DNA of 64,000 bases from Gammaproteobacteria bacterium (GTDB lineage: Bacteria; Pseudomonadota; Gammaproteobacteria; HyVt-429): assembly GCA_013152415.1 (NCBI GenBank), contig JAADGI010000034.1:13364-77363 (forward strand). Reading direction: 5' to 3'. The notes beneath the pieces are model-generated. The model did not search any database and had not been told where the DNA came from. It worked only from the letters and a program-made list of their open reading frames with translations. The position numbers and the translations under genes were made by a program. Positions 55,945-64,000 of the stretch are shown here, in pieces. Each line of letters starts with the position of its first letter. Within the stretch, counting starts at the first letter, position 1.

Positions 55945-56071
55945 GTGGACAGGCTTAGCCATGTAACCTGACCGGCATCCTTTTTACCCCCCAGTTACCA
56001 GGAATCGCCTCAACTACGCCAGTACAGGGTGTCCCGCAAACACCGAGCTCGGGCAGATCAATACATAGCAT

Positions 56072-57520
56072 CTAAGGCAACAACGGCCGCAAAAACCAAA
56101 CAACCGCCACGACTGTCACTAACATGATGAGGTTAAGTCGAATGCCGGCTCTGATCATGTCGCTGATCTGGATACGTTGAGAGCCAAAAACAATGGCATT
56201 GGGTGGTGTGGCCACAGGCAACATAAAGGCGCAGGACGCGGCTAAGGTGGTGGTGAGTAGCAGAGCGATCAAGTCTTGTCCTGTGGCGAGGGCGACGCCT
56301 GCGAGCACGGGCAACATAACTTGCGTGGTGGCGGTGTTGCTGGTGATTTCGGTTAAGAAGATGATCACGGTGGCAATGCCGAGCAACATCAATGGCAGTG
56401 GTACGGCGGATAGGAAGCTCAGTTGTTGCCCAACCCAAAGCGAGAGCCCAGAGCCTTGCATCCCCATGGCCAGCGCAAAACCGCCGCCAAGCAAGACGAG
56501 GATGTCCCACGGTAGTTGGCCGATGGCCTCTTTGCCAAGTATGGGTTGGCCTTGGCGTATCGGAACTAAAAACAACAGCAGTGCCGAGAATATTGCCACG
56601 GTGCCATCATCGACGCCGGGGTAGGGCAGCAGCGATGACCAGCCTGGAATCACAAAGTCACCGCCTTTAATGCCTTGGCGAGTCATCCAAGCCAGTGCGG
56701 TGAGCCCTAAGACCCAACCGACAAATTTTTCATCAGCTTGAAGTGGGCCTAAGGAATGAAGCTCGTCATGCAGATGGTCCACTGAACCGGCTTGCCATTG
56801 CAAGGTGCGAATTTTTCGCCCCATCAGTAAAAGCACAATGCTCAAACCAATGATCACCATGGGCACACCGATCATCATCCACTGTATAAAGCTCGGCACC
56901 AATCCCGGTGCATTAGTACGGACATTTTCAAGAAACACCAAGTTGGGCACCGTGCCCACCGGCGTACCCATACCGCCGATATTGGCGCTGTAGGCAATTG
57001 TTAATAACAACACGGTGGCAAAGGTGGTCATTTGAACCGAGCTGAAGAGATTGTCCAGTCGACTGAGCACAGCAATCGCAATGGTCACCATCAACATGGT
57101 GGTGGCGGTGTTTGATATCCACATGGATAAAAAGGCGGTGGTGATGGCAAAACCCACCAAAATTTGAAATGGGCTGTGATGAAAGCGGGACAACACCACC
57201 AAGGCTAAACGTTTGTGTAGGCCGGTGCGCTCCAAAGCTTGGGCAATTAAAAAGCCGCCGACAAACAAAAACATGATGCTGGTCATGTAACGCGGTGCGG
57301 TCTCCTTGGCTGTGGCAATGCCTGACAGCGGAAAGGCAATGAGCGGAATCAGCGCCGTCACCGCTAAGGGCATGCATTCTGTTAACCACCAAAGCGCCAT
57401 CCACAAGGCAATGCCCAGCATGAATGCCGCTTGAGGGTGACCGGGAATATCAATCAAAAGCGGGCAAGCAATGGCTAACGATGGGCCAAGCAAGCGAGCC
57501 GTGTTTTTTATAGTGAGCAT
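56072..57520 (-). CDS. DASS/SLC13-family anion:sodium symporter
   Basis: 482 aa, polytopic, with repeated SNTAT(T) hairpin motifs (WISNTATTM and EITSNTATTQ). Confidence 0.85.
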   Translation of the reverse strand: MLTIKNTARLLGPSLAIACPLLIDIPGHPQAAFMLGIALWMALWWLTECMPLAVTALIPLIAFPLSGIATAKETAPRYMTSIMFLFVGGFLIAQALERTGLHKRLALVVLSRFHHSPFQILVGFAITTAFLSMWISNTATTMLMVTIAIAVLSRLDNLFSSVQMTTFATVLLLTIAYSANIGGMGTPVGTVPNLVFLENVRTNAPGLVPSFIQWMMIGVPMVIIGLSIVLLLMGRKIRTLQWQAGSVDHLHDELHSLGPLQADEKFVGWVLGLTALAWMTRQGIKGGDFVIPGWSSLLPYPGVDDGTVAIFSALLLFLVPIRQGQPILGKEAIGQLPWDILVLLGGGFALAMGMQGSGLSLWVGQQLSFLSAVPLPLMLLGIATVIIFLTEITSNTATTQVMLPVLAGVALATGQDLIALLLTTTLAASCAFMLPVATPPNAIVFGSQRIQISDMIRAGIRLNLIMLVTVVAVVWFLRPLLP

Positions 57521-57693
57521 GTGTGCTTTGTCTTATTTTAGCGATGATTCAGGCAAGGTATGAAGGTGGTCATACAAGAATAAATAAGGCCTTGTTTGCG
57601 CCGCAAGAGAAATAGGTTCAGATCTTGTCTTTTGCCTTTCTCACAAATGCTTCGCTATGTGCTTCCAACTCTATGCGCTATTATTCCTTTTCG

Positions 57694-59190
57694 CTAGCGA
57701 TCCCGATATGAAATGGCCTCGCTAATATGCTCTTCCTTCACCCCAGCCGAAGATGCCATATCGGCAATGGTACGTGCCACCCTCAATACACGATGATAGG
57801 CCCGGGCCGACAATCCCATGCGATCCAGGGCCGTTTCGAGCAGGGCCACTGCATCAGCTGATAGTTGGCAGCTGCGATCCAGGGCCTCCCCCATCAGATT
57901 ATGATTAAGGCAGGCGCTACGTGACAGCTGCCGTTGCTGTGCGGCAATCACCCTTTCCCGCACCACAGCGCTGCTCTCGCAGGCCTCGAAGCTTTCCCCA
58001 GGCCGCAAAAAAGACTTCGCCAAAGGTGGCACCTGGATATGCATGTCGATACGATCCATCAGCGGCCCGGAGATACGCTGCCGGTAACGCCGCACTTGCT
58101 CCTGGGTGCAGGTACACCGGCCACGGGGATCACCGAGATAGCCGCAAGGACAAGGATTCATGGCGGCCACAAATTGAAACCGGGCCGGAAACCGGGCTTG
58201 GTGTGCAGCCCGTGAGATGGTCACATGACCCGACTCCATGGGCTCACGCAATACCTCCAGTACCCGCCGGTCAAATTCGGGGAGCTCATCTAAAAATAGG
58301 ACACCACGATGGGCCAAAGAAATTTCCCCAGGCCGGGGGCGGCTGCCTCCACCCACCAGTGCCACCGCCGATGCGGTGTGATGGGGTGAGCGAAAGGGAC
58401 GCTGCCCCCAAGCCGAGGCATCAAATCCAGAATTGGCCAACGAATCCACCGCAGCCACCTCCAGGGCTTGATCATCATCCAGATCCGGCAGAATACCCGG
58501 CAAGCGTGTCGCCAGCATGGTCTTTCCTGCCCCTGGAGGCCCCACCATCAAAAGACTATGACCACCGGTTGCGGCCACCTCCAATGCCCGCTTGGCAACC
58601 TGCTGGCCATGTACATCAACCAAGTCCGGTATCCGTCGCTCACCACTGAAGGGGGCACCTACCGGTACCGCCATAGCCGGACCATTGTTGAAATGTGAGG
58701 TAACCGCCAGCAAGTGATCTGCACTATAGAGTTGGACACCGCTGACCATAGCCGCCTCGGCACCATTGGCCGCAGGTAGCACCAGGCTTCGCCCGTTCCC
58801 TTTCAACCCCAAACAGGCGGTCAAGGCACCACGCACCCCGCGTAGGGCACCGCTTAAGGCCAGCTCACCGATGAACTCATAATTCTCCAGTGTTTGTTGG
58901 GGAATTTGCCCGGATGCGGCAAGAATACCCATAGCGATGGGTAGATCGTAGCGTCCACCGTCCTTAGGCAGGTCTGCGGGGGCCAGATTGATGGTGATAC
59001 GCCTTGTGGGGAATTCAAACCGGGAGTTGATCAAGGCACCGCGCACCCGATCCTTGCTCTCACGCACAGCGGCCTCAGGCAAGCCGACTATATTAAGGGT
59101 CGGCAGGCCATTGGTGAGGTGGACTTCTACGGTAACCGGTGGTGCATCAATGCCATCCTGGGCGCGACTGTGAATAATCGCTAGACTCAT
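57694..59190 (-). CDS. yifB: YifB/ComM-family Mg-chelatase-like AAA+ ATPase
   Basis: Lon-protease-like N-domain, Walker A GPPGAGKTMLA, Walker B FLDELPEF. Confidence 0.9.
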   Translation of the reverse strand: MSLAIIHSRAQDGIDAPPVTVEVHLTNGLPTLNIVGLPEAAVRESKDRVRGALINSRFEFPTRRITINLAPADLPKDGGRYDLPIAMGILAASGQIPQQTLENYEFIGELALSGALRGVRGALTACLGLKGNGRSLVLPAANGAEAAMVSGVQLYSADHLLAVTSHFNNGPAMAVPVGAPFSGERRIPDLVDVHGQQVAKRALEVAATGGHSLLMVGPPGAGKTMLATRLPGILPDLDDDQALEVAAVDSLANSGFDASAWGQRPFRSPHHTASAVALVGGGSRPRPGEISLAHRGVLFLDELPEFDRRVLEVLREPMESGHVTISRAAHQARFPARFQFVAAMNPCPCGYLGDPRGRCTCTQEQVRRYRQRISGPLMDRIDMHIQVPPLAKSFLRPGESFEACESSAVVRERVIAAQQRQLSRSACLNHNLMGEALDRSCQLSADAVALLETALDRMGLSARAYHRVLRVARTIADMASSAGVKEEHISEAISYRDR

Positions 59191-59249
59191 TAGACCCTTC
59201 CTTAGGCTTTTGCTCAGGTAACTACATAACTTCTTGCTTAAATTCTAGG

Positions 59250-59495
59250 CTACTTTTTCAGCAGCTCGGCCTCCAAAGCCCTGACCTGAGCTTCGAGTTG
59301 TTCGATCTTTTCTCGTGTCCTCCGCAACACCGCCTCCTGAACCTCAAACTCTTCACGCGTCACCAAATCCAGGCGCTCGAAGGCACCACGCACCGCACCA
59401 CGCATATTGTCCCTCAGGTCATCTCCCAGACCATTGGGCAAGGCATCGGCCAGGGCCGCTGTGACCTGATCCAGAGGGGATGGGGGCAGCTTCAT
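59250..59495 (-). CDS. ubiK: UbiK/YqiC-family coiled-coil accessory protein
   Basis: LDLVTREEFEVQEAVLRRTREKIEQLEAQV matches the YqiC core. Confidence 0.7.
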   Translation of the reverse strand: MKLPPSPLDQVTAALADALPNGLGDDLRDNMRGAVRGAFERLDLVTREEFEVQEAVLRRTREKIEQLEAQVRALEAELLKK

Positions 59496-59880
59496 GCGCC
59501 CATTGTAGCAGAACTTCCAGGTGGCCCTGGGTCCCGGCTGTAAACCGCCTCCATGGGCCCCCTTCGGCGCAAACGCGCGGACTAACGCCCTGCATGGCCG
59601 CCCCGGTCACAAAAACGCACATATTTGGTGCAACCACCCTCCGTGGGCTGACCGATTTGGTGCGTCTAACACCTAACATCGGTCCATTATCACCCTAACC
59701 TATTGATAACAAAGCAATAACAGAGTTGGCACGGTTCCTGATAAGTAGCACCAGCATCGGACAGTGTTGGTCATTGGGATGTGAGTAGTCCGTTCAAATC
59801 AGGCGGTCGAGCATGATTGCGCGGCGGGCCTGGCAAATCAAATTTACAACAACCCTATGCAATAAATAGGGATAGGAGCA

Positions 59881-60944
<1,064 letters not shown>

Positions 60945-60962
60945 CTCTGGGGAGCGATAATA

Positions 60963-62264
60963 ATGATATCAACTATGTATAAGCGGGTGCTGGTCACCCT
61001 GTCCATGCTGACCCTGCCTGGCATTGCCCTGGCCGAGGACACCTTGAACTCCGGTGATACCGCCTGGATGCTGACCGCCACCGCACTGGTGCTGTTCATG
61101 ACCATCCCGGGTCTATCCCTGTTCTATGCCGGTATGGTGCGCAGCAAGAACGTGCTGTCGGTGCTGATGCAATGTTTTGCCATCACCGCACTCATGACCA
61201 TCATCTGGGTCGTCTACGGTTACAGCCTGGCCTTCTCTGACGGTGGTTCTATGCAAGCGTTCTGGGGTGGCTTCGACAAGGCCTTTTTGAAAGGTGTCAC
61301 CGTAGATTCCCTTTCGGGCTCTATCCCGGAAACGGTATTCATGACCTTCCAGATGACCTTCGCCATCATTACTCCGGCACTCATCGTCGGTGCCTTTGCC
61401 GAACGTATGAAGTTTTCCGCCATGCTGATCTTCATGGGTCTTTGGGTCACCTTCGTCTACGCACCGATCTGTCACTGGGTCTGGGGTGGTGGTTGGTTAG
61501 CTGACTATGGCATCCTCGATTTCGCCGGCGGTACCGTAGTGCATATCAATGCCGGTATTGCAGGTCTGGTCGCAGCCATCATGCTGGGCAAACGTAAAGG
61601 CTTCCCAAGAACCGCCATGCCACCACACAATGTAGGCTACACCGTTATTGGTGCCGCCATGCTGTGGGTCGGCTGGTTTGGTTTTAACGCCGGCAGTGAG
61701 TTGGCTGCAGACAACGTGGCCGGTATGGCCATGGCCGTCACCCAAATCGCCACCGCCGCTGCAGCCCTGGGCTGGATGTTCAGCGAATGGCTGATCCATG
61801 GCAAACCCAGCGTACTGGGTATCGCCACCGGTGCCGTAGCCGGTCTGGTAGCCATCACCCCGGCCTCCGGTGCTGTGGGCCCCATGGGTGCCCTGGCCAT
61901 CGGCGCAATAGCCGGTGTCGGTTGCTTCTTCGCTGCCACCAAGATCAAGCGTACCTTTGGTTATGACGACTCCCTGGACGTGTTCGGTGTCCACGCCATC
62001 GGCGGCATCATTGGTGCCCTGCTGACCGGTGTGTTTGCTGCCGTGTCCTTGGGTGGTGCAGGTTTTGGTGATGGTAATACCACCATCGGCAGTCAGGTCA
62101 CCGCTCAGGCCATCGGCGTGGTTGCTACCATTGTCTATACCGGCGTGGTGAGCTTCATCATCCTCAAAGTGCTGGATATCGTTATGGGACTTCGCGTCGA
62201 CGAAGACCAAGAGACGGAAGGTCTGGATCTGGCCCTGCACGACGAACGTGGTTATATCCTATAA
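60963..62264 (+). CDS. amtB: Ammonium transporter AmtB
   Basis: Signal peptide, 11 TM helices, DFAGGTVVHINAG and FGVHAIGGIIG motifs. Confidence 0.95.
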   Translation: MISTMYKRVLVTLSMLTLPGIALAEDTLNSGDTAWMLTATALVLFMTIPGLSLFYAGMVRSKNVLSVLMQCFAITALMTIIWVVYGYSLAFSDGGSMQAFWGGFDKAFLKGVTVDSLSGSIPETVFMTFQMTFAIITPALIVGAFAERMKFSAMLIFMGLWVTFVYAPICHWVWGGGWLADYGILDFAGGTVVHINAGIAGLVAAIMLGKRKGFPRTAMPPHNVGYTVIGAAMLWVGWFGFNAGSELAADNVAGMAMAVTQIATAAAALGWMFSEWLIHGKPSVLGIATGAVAGLVAITPASGAVGPMGALAIGAIAGVGCFFAATKIKRTFGYDDSLDVFGVHAIGGIIGALLTGVFAAVSLGGAGFGDGNTTIGSQVTAQAIGVVATIVYTGVVSFIILKVLDIVMGLRVDEDQETEGLDLALHDERGYIL

Positions 62265-62290
62265 GTAAATACTGTACCTCCTCTTATATC

Positions 62291-62316
62291 GGGCGCTTCG
62301 GCGCCCGTTTTTTTTA
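62291..62316 (+). terminator. Rho-independent terminator of amtB
   Basis: GGGCGC-TTCG-GCGCCC followed by GTTTTTTTT. Confidence 0.8.
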
Positions 62317-62335
62317 TTGTTAAATTATTAGAGGC

Positions 62336-62396
62336 AAGCGTCTGCCGCAGGGGCACAAAGACGCAGAGGAAACAGCCGCTGGGAAAGATATATTGG
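62336..62396. repeat. 61-bp repeat, copy A (contiguous)
   Basis: AAGCGTCTGCCGCAGGGGCACAAAGACGCAGAGGAAACAGCCGCTGGGAAAGATATATTGG. Recurs at 63425..63543. Confidence 0.75.
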
Positions 62397-62480
62397 GCTT
62401 CTCAATCTGTTTTCACTACAAACAAATAATACCTTTTTCATCTATTCCTTTTTTACATATATTACAGTAGTTAAAATTAT

Positions 62481-62792
62481 TCAGTTACTGTGATATTCAT
62501 GCATGACTTCAACTATTTGTACCGAATAATTTTTATACCATTTACTTTTCCCTATGCTCTGTGCCTCCTGGTGCTCTTTATCTTTCTTCCATTTTTTTAT
62601 TTGTTCTTTATCTTTCCAGTATGATATTGAAATTTCCTTATTTTCTTCAGTTACTGAAATGAATTTAGTGCAGCCATATTTATTTATGGCAAGCTCTCTC
62701 ATCCTTTTTGCCGTATCAAAATAGCTTTTATCAAGCTTGTTGATTTCTGCAGCAAATATTACAGCGTACATTTTTGTCTGATATTTTTGCAC
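62481..62792 (-). CDS. ABM (antibiotic biosynthesis monooxygenase)-like small protein
   Basis: About 100 aa in a very AT-rich segment. YAVIFAAE ... ISISYWKDKEQIKKWK pattern of ABM domains. Confidence 0.55.
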   Translation of the reverse strand: MQKYQTKMYAVIFAAEINKLDKSYFDTAKRMRELAINKYGCTKFISVTEENKEISISYWKDKEQIKKWKKDKEHQEAQSIGKSKWYKNYSVQIVEVMHEYHSN

Positions 62793-63038
62793 ATAACACT
62801 TAGTTAAAAGGAGCTAGGTTTATACGATGAAAGACATTCTCAATCTGGAACGGGTGTATTCATGAAAGTATCCAATATCACATCTAGAACCGTAAAGAAA
62901 CTACAATAAAGTCGTATAGGAAATGATTACTCGTGCACTAAATCATGAGTAGCTATAACGTTTAGAGCCGAGCCACGCGTACTGTAAACTCATCGTGAAG
63001 CATCGCAAAAAGTTCCCGTGTCGATCTCGGACGACTTG

Positions 63039-63245
63039 TTAAGCAGCGTTTACTTCAATGACTTCGCTTGCTGAGGAAGGAGGTGGCACAGGCTCGCCAG
63101 CCTCAATGAGGCCTTCGATATGTAATTCGATAGCACCCTTTATAAGCTCTAAGACCTCTTCCCGTGTTTCACCCGCGGCAATACAACCTGACAAATCAGG
63201 TACATGAGCACCAAAACTTGTTTCGCCTTCTTCAAGAACTACCAT
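63039..63245 (-). CDS. hicB: HicB-family antitoxin
   Basis: MVVLEEGETSFGAHVPDLSGCIAAGETREEVLELIKGAIELHIEGL is a UPF0150/HicB N-domain. Confidence 0.8.
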   Translation of the reverse strand: MVVLEEGETSFGAHVPDLSGCIAAGETREEVLELIKGAIELHIEGLIEAGEPVPPPSSASEVIEVNAA

Positions 63246-63271
63246 AATATTTCATGACATATACCTCGTGT

Positions 63272-63415
63272 CTATTTTAGATCAGCTTGCTTGAGGATGC
63301 TCGCCAAAGTACCTGGTGGTATATCGGCACTTGGCTTTCCAGCTACAGCATCTGCCTTACATAAAGCGAAGACTCTGGAAAAAACGCAGGGATGTATTAA
63401 TGTCGTGGTAGGCAT
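63272..63415 (-). pseudogene. hicA: hicA-like toxin remnant (only the C-terminal motif is conserved)
   Basis: The minus-strand frame ends ...VAGKPSADIPPGTLASILKQADLK*, 26 nt upstream of hicB. The N-terminal dsRBD-like part (GSHxxF) is absent, and repeat copy B begins 10 nt beyond this short ORF's first ATG. Confidence 0.45.
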
Positions 63416-63424
63416 GGAGGCCGA

Positions 63425-63543
63425 AAGCGACTGCCGCAGAGGCACAAAGACGCAGCGGAAAGAAGCTTGCTATTGCCGCTCCACACCTTGGCAACTCAAT
63501 GATGGCCTTGCAGAGGAAACAGCCGCTGGGAAAGATATATTGG
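63425..63543. repeat. 61-bp repeat, copy B (split by a 58-bp extra segment)
   Basis: 63425..63455 and 63514..63543 match copy A with 2 mismatches. The intervening 63456..63513 is flanked by GCAG microhomology. Confidence 0.75.
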
Positions 63544-63725
63544 ACAGTGCCTTTCGACCAGCAGTGAATACTCAACGCACTCATCAGGGGCTTGTCCAAT
63601 AAACGGTTCAGATTGTGGTTCGTTCCTCACACAATCTAGCCTTAATTCGTTAGGCGATTTTCTCTTGAAATAGGCTAGATTGTATACCATAATTACACCA
63701 TATTGGTTTTATTTGGAGATCTCTA

Positions 63726-63968
63726 ATGCCTGCAATTACCCTGAAAAATATACCAGATTCTCTCTATGCACAATTAAAAACTGCAGCGAGTATTCACCAC
63801 AGAAGCTTAAATAGCGAAATCCTCTACTGTGTAGAGCGCGCACTTGGGACACATAAAATCAATGCTTCTGAGCACATTGAGATGGCCAGAAAATTAAGAG
63901 CCAAAACTGCACAGCATAATCTCACAGACCAGGAACTAAATAATTTTAAAAATGAAGGTCGCCCATGA
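63726..63968 (+). CDS. vapB: Ribbon-helix-helix antitoxin (VapB/FitA/StbC-like)
   Basis: MPAITLKNIPDSLYAQLKTAASIHHRSLNSEI is a typical RHH antitoxin N-terminus. Its stop overlaps the next ATG. Confidence 0.75.
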   Translation: MPAITLKNIPDSLYAQLKTAASIHHRSLNSEILYCVERALGTHKINASEHIEMARKLRAKTAQHNLTDQELNNFKNEGRP

Positions 63969-64000
63969 TTGTTGTGGACACCAACATTATTTCTTACTTG
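63965..64000 (+). CDS. vapC: PIN-domain toxin VapC (partial, N-terminus only)
   Basis: MIVVDTNIISYL carries the first PIN acidic residue in the DTN motif. Runs off the window. Confidence 0.6.
   Translation, partial: MIVVDTNIISYL

Noticed and set aside
59727-59742. Sigma-54-like promoter TGGCACGGTTCCTGAT upstream of the porin-glnK-amtB genes.
   Set aside because: The -24 TGGCAC element is good, but the -12 element reads CTGA instead of TTGC, so the GC dinucleotide is lost. No NtrC-type enhancer palindromes were found.
62793-62880. Two overlapping tiny ORFs (MKDILNLERVYS and MKVSNITSRTVKKLQ) after an AGGAG motif.
   Set aside because: At 12 and 15 codons in AT-rich DNA, they are expected by chance, and I have no conservation evidence.
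62952-63044. Integron attC-like site (GCTATAAC ... GTTAAGC with internal CCGAG/CTCGG pairing), plus GTTAAAT at 62319.
   Set aside because: The inverse core has an extra base, and the arms are only weakly complementary. GTTAAGC overlaps the hicB stop codon. The adjacent genes are on the opposite strand to that expected for cassettes, and no intI or attI is in the window.

Overview
About 50% GC chromosomal window that looks like a gammaproteobacterial, sulfur-oxidiser-type denitrifier (DsrC plus NirS; the taxon is inference only). All family calls come from motifs read in the ORF translations, not from searches.

- **1-7 kb:** a mercury/arsenic patch. An arsR-arsC-acr3 operon sits between merR and merTPA. 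There are two near-identical MerR operator palindromes, and one faces an outer-membrane barrel gene instead of merT.
- **7-21 kb:** housekeeping genes (dsrC, recQ, mltA, rnd, mpl, ubiX, dsbA) mixed with c-di-GMP signalling genes.
- **21-48 kb:** a denitrification/NO island.
  - A Dnr-type regulator, nirS-nirC-nirF-nirDLGH-nirJ-nirN and a short NosR/NirI-like protein.
  - An FNR-box-driven three-gene operon. It encodes a dihaem cytochrome b-2x[4Fe-4S]-MvhD fusion, a 167-aa anchored protein, and a haem-copper-oxidase-like protein with Glu-His in place of the CuB His-His pair. I do not recognise this as a characterised enzyme.
  - A B-family-like oxidase lacking the cross-link Tyr, with a CuA subunit, ctaB and senC.
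  - ctaA, an HPP protein, a two-subunit PFOR and NnrS.
- **48-64 kb:** tRNA-Arg with a duplicated 5' fragment, cytochrome c5, srkA, an HDOD/GGDEF-EAL operon, a porin-glnK-amtB unit, and a low-GC toxin-antitoxin patch bracketed by a 61-bp repeat.

No rRNA, CRISPR array, transposase or integrase was seen.
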